A stretch of DNA of 64,000 nt, from positions 6,043-70,042 of the forward strand of contig CAJWWK010000005.1 of assembly GCA_913048295.1 (NCBI GenBank), given 5' to 3'. A model generated the notes under the pieces. It worked only from the letters and a program-made list of their open reading frames with translations, searched no databases and had not been told where the DNA came from. Each line of letters begins with the position of its first letter. Position 1 is the first letter of the stretch. The position numbers were made by a program, and so were the translations under genes. The stretch is from an uncultured Dehalococcoidia bacterium (GTDB lineage: Bacteria > Chloroflexota > Dehalococcoidia > Lucifugimonadales > Lucifugimonadaceae). Below, piece after piece: positions 1 through 9,455 of this stretch.

Positions 1-319
1 AACAGTGGTTCTTGCCAATCAATCCGGTCACAAAACCATTGTTTTTCCAGATTCGAAACGCGTGTTGTTCGTTTTCTGGCATCAGTGTTTCATTGCGTCT
101 GCACCCGGTCGAGTGGGGGTAGCGACCCGTCATTACCGATGTCCTTGCGGGCACGCAGAGTGGGTGAGGCGTGATCGCATGCTCGAATCTGACTCCCTCA
201 CTCGCCAGTCGTTCGAGTGCGGGAGTTTCGATACCGATACCCGAGTACATTCGGAGTATCGAGGCCTTCATTTGATCGGCCATGATGAACACGACGTTTG
301 GTGCCGGATTTTTGTTCAT
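1..319 (-). CDS. Sulfatase (formylglycine-dependent, arylsulfatase A family), 5' part; runs off the window edge
   Basis: Not in the ORF track. Manual translation from ATG 319: MNKNPAPNVVFIMADQ...TPALERLASEGVRF...LCVPARTSVMTGRYP...GLIGKNH, with CxPxR and GKxH motifs. ATGA overlap with the upstream gene. Confidence 0.92.
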   Translation of the reverse strand, partial: MNKNPAPNVVFIMADQMKASILRMYSGIGIETPALERLASEGVRFEHAITPHPLCVPARTSVMTGRYPHSTGCRRNETLMPENEQHAFRIWKNNGFVTGLIGKNHC

Positions 320-957
320 TTTCGACCTACCCAGAGGCTATAACTGGGAACTGCGCCTTCCCAATCGGCCAGCAGATCGTTGTGCCAGACCCATGTTTCG
401 CCAAGAAAATCCTGGCCTTCCAGCTCTCTCCTACCGGTCCCCCAGAGCAGGGTCGTCCAGCCGGGCGTGTTCGGCGGTGCCCACGGAAACAACCGCCCAA
501 GGATGCGCCGACACAACCCGTCGTCGGGATCGAATTCAGCCTCGGTACCGGCCACGGCGTCATACCCGTGAACCATGATTTCAACGCACGCCATTGCAAG
601 AAAACCTTCGGCATCAGGCTGGCCAGTCGGGCTGAACGCCCTGACGCCTTCAGGTGTCTTATCGGAAACTCTTACCAGAACTTCCGCTCCAGCTTCGATC
701 TGGCGGGCCGATGCCTCGATACTGCCTTCTTGTAACACCGGCCCGCGCACTCCCGGATTCTCGGTGTTTCTACTCGCAAGACTCCGGGAATAAAAAGCGA
801 GCGCGTCGTCAATGTGTGAAATAGTTCGGGACCGTATCCACTCCAGTCCGTACGCCTGTTTGTCCCAGAGCGCCGGGTCGACACGCAATACCCAACTGGC
901 ACACTGCGAGGCCGCATCGCGGAGGTCACTAGAAGTCACCGGTTTGCGAACGCTCAT
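316..957 (-). CDS. Maleylpyruvate isomerase N-terminal / DinB-like family protein
   Basis: W-x(7)-H motif, 'EIMVHGYD', and C-terminal 'LGRLFP..P...WTTLLWGTGR' resembling MDMPI-like proteins. ATG 957 overlaps the upstream stop. Confidence 0.6.
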   Translation of the reverse strand: MSVRKPVTSSDLRDAASQCASWVLRVDPALWDKQAYGLEWIRSRTISHIDDALAFYSRSLASRNTENPGVRGPVLQEGSIEASARQIEAGAEVLVRVSDKTPEGVRAFSPTGQPDAEGFLAMACVEIMVHGYDAVAGTEAEFDPDDGLCRRILGRLFPWAPPNTPGWTTLLWGTGRRELEGQDFLGETWVWHNDLLADWEGAVPSYSLWVGRK

Positions 958-2312
958 CGCGCCCCGCACATGTCGTAGGCAATCGCCAACATGCTCCGAG
1001 TGCCGCTGATCAGTGAGGCAATTCCCACCGATTCGTCGGTACCGTGAGCCCGCGAGAGCATCGGGTCGTCGTCCGGGTGTGAACCAGAGAAGCCGTAGGT
1101 GATAATCCCGAGATTCCGTGTAAAACGAGAATCAGTAAACCCGTTGCTGATGGCGGGGACCCACTGGATGTCGTCCCGGCCTATCGCAGCCGCCTGTGCC
1201 TTCTTAATCGATTCAGTCAACTCGGTCTCGAACTCTGAGGAGTTAGGTACCGACATATAGTCGATTTCATATTCGAGCCCGTCGATTCCCTCGAACGCCT
1301 CGTCGAGTTGTCGCCGGACATATTCCTCGTCCTGGAAAGGAAGCGTCCGGATATCGCAAGTCAGCCTGATCTCTTCGGGCACACTGTTCGACTTGATGCC
1401 ACCCGACATCATGGTGGGTGTCAGGACTAGACGCGACAATGCGCGGAGCATCGACCCCAGTCGCGGAGAGGTTTCGTCGAGTTCGGCCACCAGCCGGTCG
1501 ATATTCATCGGCGAGGGTTTTTCCTCAATGCCAAACTGGCCGATGTAATCGAAGATCGGCAGCGATGTGTCGAGTTCTGCCCGATAACCCTCTATGGCGC
1601 TCAGCGCCCGGGAGAGACGGTAACTGGCGTTCACCCCGGTCCACGGCACCGATGCATGTGCGCTCTCGCCGCGCAGGGTGATGTGGAGCTCCATTCGGCC
1701 CTTTTCGCCGGTTCCAAGCAAATATGTGAGCGTGTTGCCTATTTCGACGGGAGTCCCCCCACCCTCGTTCACGGCAAACTGTGACGCGAGCGACTCGGGG
1801 TGATTGTCGGCAAGCCAGCCGAAGCCCCAGCGCCCGCCGTGTTCCTCATCGGCACCGCTAACAAGGCGCAGCCCGTGGTCCAACCGCACCCCGGAGCGCC
1901 GCATGATCGCCATAGCCATCAGCTGACACGTCAACAGGGCCTTGCAGTCGGACGCCCCGCGGCCGTAAACGCGACCACCGGAAATTTCGGCGGCGAACGG
2001 TTCGTAATTCCACTTGGTTTCATCCTCAACCGGAACGACATCGGTGTGCGACATCAGCATCAGTCGAGTATCGTCGTCGCCGCCCGGATACACCGAAATA
2101 ATGTTTCCACGATCAGGGTCGCGGGCAAGAATCTCGGAGGCGAAGTCCTCGCCGTCCAACCAGTCTCTGACGAATTCGGCGACCACAGTTTCACCGCCCG
2201 TTGGCATGAATCCGGTGTTGACCGATGGAATTCGCACCAGGGCCTGTTCCAACTCTACGATTTCACTGGTAGCCAGTTCGACCTTGTCCAGGAGACTCTG
2301 GAGTGACGGCAT
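954..2312 (-). CDS. M20 family metallopeptidase/deacylase (ArgE/DapE-like)
   Basis: SHTDVV, GRGASDCK, DEE, NEGG and C-terminal AH metal-ligand motifs. Confidence 0.9.
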   Translation of the reverse strand: MPSLQSLLDKVELATSEIVELEQALVRIPSVNTGFMPTGGETVVAEFVRDWLDGEDFASEILARDPDRGNIISVYPGGDDDTRLMLMSHTDVVPVEDETKWNYEPFAAEISGGRVYGRGASDCKALLTCQLMAMAIMRRSGVRLDHGLRLVSGADEEHGGRWGFGWLADNHPESLASQFAVNEGGGTPVEIGNTLTYLLGTGEKGRMELHITLRGESAHASVPWTGVNASYRLSRALSAIEGYRAELDTSLPIFDYIGQFGIEEKPSPMNIDRLVAELDETSPRLGSMLRALSRLVLTPTMMSGGIKSNSVPEEIRLTCDIRTLPFQDEEYVRRQLDEAFEGIDGLEYEIDYMSVPNSSEFETELTESIKKAQAAAIGRDDIQWVPAISNGFTDSRFTRNLGIITYGFSGSHPDDDPMLSRAHGTDESVGIASLISGTRSMLAIAYDMCGAR

Positions 2313-2653
2313 CGCGGGTTCCTCAAATGGGGGCTCGGGGGAAGAATTCTAAAGTCGAGAGCTGTTCGTGCTCGAGATGTACTATGCCCTCCGGAAACTA
2401 GCATTCATCAATCGGGCGGTCAATGCACCAGTATCGGAGAAATGCAGTTATCCGCGTAGTGCCAGCGAAGCGAAGTGTGGCCTCAACAAGACAGGCTATA
2501 CGGAACCGTGTGAGAGTGCCGAAAATCCGCTATCGTGTTCAACTACTGGCCGCATGAGGCCGTTGCTACGGTTACGCTCAGGGTCCAAAGTGCCCTTAAA
2601 TCAACGATTCCTAAATCTCTTCAAAAACTGACCGAGTAGAAACGACGTTTCCA

Positions 2654-3694
2654 ATGGTAAGTATTTCGACGTTCCCATTTCGCAGATTCGCTTCTCCCGG
2701 ATCTATCCTCGTCCTGATCTTGCTCGCGGTCGGGCTGGCGGCATGCGGCGGCGGTGGCTCGAATGCGGGTAGGGGTGAAGTGGTGTTCACCGCCGTTTCT
2801 GAAGGGAATGCCGATATCTACCGGGTTGACAACGAATCGGGACTCCCGGTGCGGCTAACAAGTGCCGCCGGTGAAGACTTTGCGCCAGCGTGGTCGCCGA
2901 AGAAAAACATGATCGCGTTTCTGTCGAGAAGAAACGGCGCCCCGGCCCTGTGGCTGATGGATTGGAACGGAGCATCGAAGCGTCAGATTTCCGATCAGGG
3001 GTTGGAAATTAAACGGTTCCGGTGGGCTCCCGATTCAAAATCGATTGGTTTGGAGATCGCCACCGGTAGGTTCAGCTGGATAGCAGTGCTCGATGTCGAG
3101 TCGGGCGAAGTTGAAGCACTGACGTCACGGGCCGAGACCGCAGAGATTGGCGATTGGTCGCCGGATGGTGAATGGCTGCTGTACGCGGTCGTCGATGGCG
3201 ATACGACAGGGATAAGGCGCAGAAACCCGAACGGAGTTGACGAGATAACCGTCACCACGGGGCGAGACACCGACCCCCGCTGGTCACCCGACGGACGCAA
3301 GATCGCCTTTAGCCGAACTACCGGTACCGCAGGCAATGCGACGAGCAACCTTGTGGTTACCGACCAGGACGGCGACAAGTCCGTCAATGTTGCGCCGGAC
3401 GATTTCGATGAGGCCAGTTTCCGGTGGGCACCCGACAGTAAGCACATCATGTTCGTAAGCGAGGCGACCGGGAACGCGGAAATTTACATCGTTACCCCAG
3501 ACGGTAAAGATACGAAGCAGTTAACCTCGAACAGGGTCATCGATGCGGCACCGCGTTGGAACTCGAACGGCTCTTCGATACTTTTCCTTTCGGAAGGAAA
3601 CGGCTCGCTCGACATATATTCGATGAACAAGGATGGCGAGCAACAAAAAAGGATGACATCGATTAGCGATGTCATCCTCGAAGCCGACTGGTAG
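2654..3694 (+). CDS. TolB-like beta-propeller lipoprotein (PD40 repeats)
   Basis: Lipobox LAAC; repeated P-x-WSPDG/WAPDS motifs. Confidence 0.85.
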   Translation: MVSISTFPFRRFASPGSILVLILLAVGLAACGGGGSNAGRGEVVFTAVSEGNADIYRVDNESGLPVRLTSAAGEDFAPAWSPKKNMIAFLSRRNGAPALWLMDWNGASKRQISDQGLEIKRFRWAPDSKSIGLEIATGRFSWIAVLDVESGEVEALTSRAETAEIGDWSPDGEWLLYAVVDGDTTGIRRRNPNGVDEITVTTGRDTDPRWSPDGRKIAFSRTTGTAGNATSNLVVTDQDGDKSVNVAPDDFDEASFRWAPDSKHIMFVSEATGNAEIYIVTPDGKDTKQLTSNRVIDAAPRWNSNGSSILFLSEGNGSLDIYSMNKDGEQQKRMTSISDVILEADW

Positions 3695-3789
3695 GCGGGC
3701 AGGTCCGGAACTCCGGGTTTATTTGCTACCCAGTCGGGCTAATTTTCTGCCGCGCAGGCAGGGAGTTGTGCCCGGCCAGAATCCGTGGA

Positions 3790-4875
3790 TTATTCGTCGT
3801 TGGTGTTGAGGCCGAGGCGGTCCCGCCAGCTGCGTCGACGCTCCGGGGTTCCAACCCGCACCGCTTCGGCCGTATCGGGTTTCGACTCGGTTGAAGTCCT
3901 TAGGGCCGGTGGCTTTGGCGTCGTGCGTCCGTTGCGCGTCCCGTTGGCGTTTCCGCCAGTTGGGGAAGTGCCACCAACGCGCCGGCGAGTTGGGGTTCGG
4001 CGCATTCCGGTGCCGCTGCTCTCCTGATCAGCAGTTTCCTGTTTTCCCCTGCTGGCGGCTGGCGCACGAGTCTCTTCCGGAGCGTCCGATTTCGCACGAT
4101 CAGCGCCTCTGTCCGCAGTCGGCTTTCGTGTACGTGTGCCTGAACCACCAGAGGCAGCCGTGCGCCGCGTCCGGGATGTGGTAGATGCGGCTTTTCGGGT
4201 TCCCGAACGGCGTGCCGACGCAGCTTTCGTCGCCGCCTTGTCCTCACCGTTTGGCGATGCCGCCTCGTCGGAAACTTCGGGTCGGACAGCGGCTGCGGCG
4301 CGTGACTTTGCCTGTGTCCGGGTCATCCACAATCCTGTAAAATACGTCTTATTGAACTTGACGACGACATCGGCAACCCGTGCTGACTCGCCAGACAGGT
4401 TCATGTCGAACGCCGCTACTTCTATGTGCTTGCCGACATCTTTTACAGCCTGCAGAGCAGGGTAAAAGTCGGCGTCGCCGCTGACGACTATCGCAGTGTC
4501 GTAGTGGTCTTTGTAGGCATGGGTGATCAGGTCGGTCGCCAGCATAACGTCGACGCCCTTTTCAACCATGATGTCGCCGCGTTGTTTCCAGATTCCTAGC
4601 CGAACTTCCACATATGGAGTGTCGTACATCGAATCGAGGAACTTCTGCTGCTCGACGCCCATGTTAGGGTTGGTGTCCGACTCCTGACGAATGTTGTAGT
4701 AGTAAATCCGTTTCAGATCTCGACCGTTGGCCAGCTTGAGGGCGAACTTGTCGAATTGAAGGTCGTGCCTGCCGCAACTCTGGGTGAGTACGTGGTACAG
4801 GTTGCTCCCGTCGATGAATACCATCACGCGTTCATTTTCGCGGATCACCGATTTCGTAGAAGACTTAGAGGGCAT
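3790..4875 (-). CDS. NYN-domain (LabA/DUF88, PIN-like) protein with long basic low-complexity C-terminal tail
   Basis: FIDGSN, EKGVDVMLATD and SGDADF motifs in the first ~185 aa; R/T/A/S-rich tail. Confidence 0.88.
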   Translation of the reverse strand: MPSKSSTKSVIRENERVMVFIDGSNLYHVLTQSCGRHDLQFDKFALKLANGRDLKRIYYYNIRQESDTNPNMGVEQQKFLDSMYDTPYVEVRLGIWKQRGDIMVEKGVDVMLATDLITHAYKDHYDTAIVVSGDADFYPALQAVKDVGKHIEVAAFDMNLSGESARVADVVVKFNKTYFTGLWMTRTQAKSRAAAAVRPEVSDEAASPNGEDKAATKAASARRSGTRKAASTTSRTRRTAASGGSGTRTRKPTADRGADRAKSDAPEETRAPAASRGKQETADQESSGTGMRRTPTRRRVGGTSPTGGNANGTRNGRTTPKPPALRTSTESKPDTAEAVRVGTPERRRSWRDRLGLNTNDE

Positions 4876-5217
4876 TGGAGCCTCCGTTTATAAGTCCACA
4901 CCGGACGCACAGCGCTGCGGCCCGCTATTCCGGCGGCTATTTATCAAAGGTGAGTTGGTGTGGGCGGAGGCGGGAAGAAATTAGATAAATCAGATATTTG
5001 CGATCGCCCTTTTCAACTTCACCCTTCTATTGTAACTCCAATTCCAGAATACCTAAAGAGTGCAACATCCAACCGGTATTCGTAATTACTCCAACCTTTT
5101 GCAGACTTGACTCGGGCGCGCAACGGAAACATTATTGCGGTGCCAGCTTGCACCAGAAGCGCAAGATCGATTGATACCGGAACTTGAATACCCCCGCGAA
5201 CACCACTGAGAATTTTT

Positions 5218-5910
5218 ATGAAAGCCATCAAACAGATCGAATCCCCCTGCGAAATGCCCAATGGCCTACAGTGGACCGACGAAGGTCTGTTCGTGATGGA
5301 CCAGAAGACAGATAACGTCTATGTGGTCGACGAGACTGGCAGGCTGTTGCGGACGATCAACACCCCCACCGCAAACGGCTCCGGTATCACGGTAGGTGGG
5401 GGATATCTCTGGACGGCGTCGAATGGCGAATCGGCCTCACGCCCCGCACGCTCGACCGACACCGGTCTCGGTTACATTTACAAGCTCGATTTGCAGACCG
5501 GCGAAGCGGTCGACCGTTTCAGGACCCCGGACGGTGGCGGTATTCACGGGATTGAATGGGACGAGGGAAAGATGTGGATTACCGCGTTCAACCCGCTCGC
5601 GATATTTCTTGTCGATCCGTCCGAAGGGTACAAAATCGTTCACAAGTTCGAAGTGCAACTCCCCCGCCTGCACGGTTTGGCCCGCGTGGGTGATGGGCTG
5701 TGGTGCGCGCACACGACCGACAACGTAATTGTGAAGTATGACATTGAAACGGGAGCAGAAAAAGAACGAATTACATTGGACCCCGGTGATGCCTACATCC
5801 ACGGGCTTTCGATCAAAGACGGCGAGCTCTGGTACGGCGATGCAAACTTCGCAGGCAAGCACAACACCGCGACCCAGGGCAAACCGGAAATCGGCAAGAT
5901 CGCCGTTTAG
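5218..5910 (+). CDS. Beta-propeller protein (glutaminyl cyclase/Vgb-like)
   Basis: Repeated [PH]-x-GL-x-W...LW blade motifs. Confidence 0.6.
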   Translation: MKAIKQIESPCEMPNGLQWTDEGLFVMDQKTDNVYVVDETGRLLRTINTPTANGSGITVGGGYLWTASNGESASRPARSTDTGLGYIYKLDLQTGEAVDRFRTPDGGGIHGIEWDEGKMWITAFNPLAIFLVDPSEGYKIVHKFEVQLPRLHGLARVGDGLWCAHTTDNVIVKYDIETGAEKERITLDPGDAYIHGLSIKDGELWYGDANFAGKHNTATQGKPEIGKIAV

Positions 5911-5982
5911 GATCCATCCATTAGTCCCACCACGCCCGGGGAAAACGAATTCACGCCGCTCAACCGTCATCAGGTACACACC

Positions 5983-6837
5983 TTGCCCGAAAACCATGAC
6001 CAAATACCCGTAATCGACAGTCACCACCATTTCTGGGAGATCGACCGGTTTGATTATTCATGGATGCCGGAGGGAAGCCCGCTGGCGACTGACTACGGCC
6101 CTGAAGACCTGAGTCCCCTGAGAGCGAAGGCCGGTATCGATTACGCCGTTACGGTTCAGGCGGTCGCATCTCCCGACGAGGCACGTTGGCTGCTCGAACT
6201 CGCCGATGCGCATGAGTTCATCGCCGGGGTCGTCGGCTGGGTCGACCTCACCGACCCCGAAGTTGGCTACACGCTCGACGAGCTTCAACGGAGCGACTAC
6301 TTCGTGGGTGTGCGCCATATCTGGGAATCGGAAGAAGATCCGGGCTGGATCGTAAATTCGGGAGCGGTAAACGGTCTGAAAGAACTCGCCAGACGCGGTA
6401 TTCCATTCGACTTTCTCGCAAAACCGCCCAATCTACCGTTCATCCCCCAGGTGATGGACCAGGTGCCTGACCTGCGGGGAGTCGTCGATCACATCGCAAA
6501 ACCGCTAATTGCCGACCATGTGGTCGAGCCGTGGCTGACTGATCTGCGGAAAGTCGCGAGCATCAACGGAATTCACTGCAAAGTTTCAGGAATGATCACC
6601 GAGGCCGATCATCAGAATTGGTCGGTGGATGACCTCGGGCCATATGTCCACCACGTTCTGGGCATGTTCGGTGCGGACCGGCTGATGTTTGGCAGCGACT
6701 GGCCGGTATGCACCCTGGCCGGAAGCTACGGACAGGTAATCGACGCGGCCCGCGAGATTCTAGGCTCGCTTTCACCGGCTGAGAAGGCGGACGTGTTTGG
6801 CGGGACAGCCGCCCACTTCTACCGACTTAACGTTTAG
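5983..6837 (+). CDS. Amidohydrolase family 2, L-fuconolactonase-like
   Basis: DSHHHFW, GVVGWVDL, DHIAKP and FGSDWP motifs. Confidence 0.85.
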   Translation: MPENHDQIPVIDSHHHFWEIDRFDYSWMPEGSPLATDYGPEDLSPLRAKAGIDYAVTVQAVASPDEARWLLELADAHEFIAGVVGWVDLTDPEVGYTLDELQRSDYFVGVRHIWESEEDPGWIVNSGAVNGLKELARRGIPFDFLAKPPNLPFIPQVMDQVPDLRGVVDHIAKPLIADHVVEPWLTDLRKVASINGIHCKVSGMITEADHQNWSVDDLGPYVHHVLGMFGADRLMFGSDWPVCTLAGSYGQVIDAAREILGSLSPAEKADVFGGTAAHFYRLNV

Positions 6838-7028
6838 CTGCTGCGGGCCCGGGCCCGTTCCGCCCGCCCGCCAGCCGGGGCATTAGGCAGTTCTCCCAGT
6901 GCAATAGGCCATTGCTCCTATGTGTACACACCGCCAATCCCCGACTATGAAAAGGATTAACAGAATCCTGCGATCGCACCTGCGGTCACTTCCACATTGA
7001 GATATGAAGACAGGGAGTACTTGCAATC

Positions 7029-7526
7029 ATGTCTGAAAACAATGGTGTAACGGGCGAGCGGCAGGTCGTATTGTTCGACCTCAACAAAGAGGCCTATGGC
7101 GTCGACATCAGCCAGGTCCGGGAAATCATCCGCATGCAGGAAATTACCCGCGTACCACGGGTTCCCGAATTCGTTGAGGGCGTCATAAACCTCCGCGGCA
7201 AGGTGAACCCGGTGGTCGACCTCAGGGCGCGCTTCTCAATGCCCAGTACCGAGCGCACCGATGAGCACGGGATCGTCGTTGTCGATGTCGACGGCCAGGA
7301 CATCGGAATGGTGGTTGATGCGGTGACGGAAGTCAGTCGCACACCATCTGACTCGATCGAGCCGCCTTCATCGGTAATAACCACCGACGACTCTGAGTAC
7401 CTGACCGGCATCGTCAAGACCGACGACAAGCTCATCATCCTTCTCGACATTGCGAAGGTGATCAGTGAAAGTGAAGCTTCCGCCCTTGAAGAGATACAGC
7501 AGTCGCCCGACGCAGTCGCTGCGTAA
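7029..7526 (+). CDS. cheW: Chemotaxis coupling protein CheW (orphan)
   Basis: YGVDISQVREII, ITRVP, GVINLRG, GMVVDAVTEV and LIILLD motifs; GGGAG RBS. Confidence 0.9.
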   Translation: MSENNGVTGERQVVLFDLNKEAYGVDISQVREIIRMQEITRVPRVPEFVEGVINLRGKVNPVVDLRARFSMPSTERTDEHGIVVVDVDGQDIGMVVDAVTEVSRTPSDSIEPPSSVITTDDSEYLTGIVKTDDKLIILLDIAKVISESEASALEEIQQSPDAVAA

Positions 7527-7580
7527 GCGATTACAAATTCGTTGACGATTGGCGTTAGGTCAACCAGTTACTGAAAACAT

Positions 7581-7627
7581 AAGCGCCGGGGTGCAGGGTT
7601 TTGCCACCCGCTGCCCCGGCGCTTTTG
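7581..7627. terminator. Intrinsic terminator between convergent genes
   Basis: AAGCGCCGGGG...CCCCGGCGCTTTT stem followed by a T-run. Confidence 0.6.
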
Positions 7628-7674
7628 GTTGCTCCAGAAATTCTCTTACGTGTTCTTGCCCTGAGGTTTTTCGC

Positions 7675-8370
7675 CTACCTGCCGGGCTTCCCGGAATTCC
7701 ACGCCCAGTTATCGGGCGGCCACACGTTGCGTCCGACCCGGGCGCCACCGTCGCGACTCGGGTCGTACCAGTCTTTCACCGTCTCAACCCATTTGCTGAT
7801 ATGTGGTGTGCCCTTGTGGTATTCGAACGCGTCGGGGTTGGCGTAGACCTCGTAGAGATACAATTCGGTCGGGTCCTTCACATTCTGGTAGACATCGAAG
7901 CGCAGGCACCCCGGCTCTTCGCTGGTCGAGCCAATGCCGTCGAGGGTAATCGCCTCGATATATGCATCCACCTTGTCTTTCTGGACGAATTTTGGCGAAT
8001 GGATTACATGCAGGCTGGAAGCGAAGTAAACGTCGTCGACGATGTGGGCACGATATGAATCCCAGTTCGCATCGCCCTGTGGGAATACCGGCTTGCAGAA
8101 CGAGACCTCTACCGCCCCATCGAACATGTCTTTTACCGCCGCATCCCACTTCTTGAAGTGTGGATACGTCTTGTGGGCCTCGAAAGCGGCTTCGTCGTTA
8201 TACACCTCGCAGAAAGCGAACGAAGTCGGGTCATCGGCAGCCTGGATAATGTCGAACCGTCGGCAACCCGGCTCGTTCAAAACCGAGCCTTTTGCATCGC
8301 CGATCGAGGCGTCGATGAACTCGTCGATACGGTCTTGTTTGACCTTCACTCGCACCATCAGAATGTACAT
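7675..8370 (-). CDS. Tandem ABM-domain protein (LsrG/YgiN-like putative quinol monooxygenase)
   Basis: Two EPGC-x-RFD...EVY...AFE-x-HK..PH units; ATG 8370 with GGAG RBS. Confidence 0.85.
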   Translation of the reverse strand: MYILMVRVKVKQDRIDEFIDASIGDAKGSVLNEPGCRRFDIIQAADDPTSFAFCEVYNDEAAFEAHKTYPHFKKWDAAVKDMFDGAVEVSFCKPVFPQGDANWDSYRAHIVDDVYFASSLHVIHSPKFVQKDKVDAYIEAITLDGIGSTSEEPGCLRFDVYQNVKDPTELYLYEVYANPDAFEYHKGTPHISKWVETVKDWYDPSRDGGARVGRNVWPPDNWAWNSGKPGR

Positions 8371-8507
8371 CACAACTCCAAAACGACCGGTCTGCCGGGC
8401 GGACCTTGCCTCATATAATTCAAGCCACCTAATATGCTGGCTGGCGGAGTATACGCGCGGCAGGCGAGCCCACCAAGTCGAACGCCAATCCTGAACCGCG
8501 ATCACAG

Positions 8508-9431
8508 GTGAATTCTCTGGTAAGTGAATCACGCATCGAACACGATATCCGGGAGCTGGCATCCGCCCCCCGGAACTCACGCGAAAATCCCGCAGGACAT
8601 GCGGAGGCGGCCGAATGGATTGCCGCTGAGTTCAAGCGGATCGGCCTGGTGGCTTCGCGCCAGTCTTTCGAAATTCCGGGGCAAACCCCGCCGCGGCAGG
8701 GCATCAACGTGATCGGAACCCTGAACGGTCGTACGGGCAATTCACCAGTTCCACGGAGTATGTTGATCGGCGCCCACTACGATACTGTTCCCGGATCGCC
8801 GGGTGCCGACGACAATGCGAGCGGAGTCGTTGCCTTGCTGGAATGCGCGCGAACGCTTGCCAGTGAGAAGAGTGATCGCGCGATCGCCTTCGTGGCGTTC
8901 GACGCCGAAGAGATGCAAACGCCAGTAGAGGGTCTTCATGGATCAACGGCCTACGTTGCACGGCTTACACCGTACGACACACCGGGTGCCGCGATCATAT
9001 TCGAATCGGTAGGGTTCACTTCGACCTCTAAAAAACAGCGGTTGCCCGGTTCGTTCAGGTTCCTGTTCCGAAGGACCTACAAGGCATTGGTCCGGCAGAA
9101 TTTTTCTGCCGAATCACTGTTGATTCTTTCCCGAGGACCAGGGCGGGCCATTTCAAGGGAGCTCGAAAAAAGCGCGGCGACGCCCGCTATCCAGCTGCCG
9201 ATACTGCCGCTGGAAGTTCCGAGGTGGATGCCGATGTTTCGCAACCTGCGCCGCAGCGACCATGCGCCGTTCTGGCTCGCCGGTATTCCAGCGGTGATGA
9301 TCAGCGACACGGCGAACTTCAGGAATCCGCACTACCACCGGCCCACAGACACACCTGACACCGTGGACCCCGGCCTGGTGGCGAAAGCGGCTCGCATGGT
9401 GATCAACGCGATCGAACGAGGCGCTATCTAG
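8508..9431 (+). CDS. M28 family peptidase
   Basis: GAHYD, GADDNASG, DAEE, SDH and YH motifs. Confidence 0.88.
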   Translation: MNSLVSESRIEHDIRELASAPRNSRENPAGHAEAAEWIAAEFKRIGLVASRQSFEIPGQTPPRQGINVIGTLNGRTGNSPVPRSMLIGAHYDTVPGSPGADDNASGVVALLECARTLASEKSDRAIAFVAFDAEEMQTPVEGLHGSTAYVARLTPYDTPGAAIIFESVGFTSTSKKQRLPGSFRFLFRRTYKALVRQNFSAESLLILSRGPGRAISRELEKSAATPAIQLPILPLEVPRWMPMFRNLRRSDHAPFWLAGIPAVMISDTANFRNPHYHRPTDTPDTVDPGLVAKAARMVINAIERGAI

Positions 9432-9455
9432 CGCACACTCCAGTCGAATCCGAGC

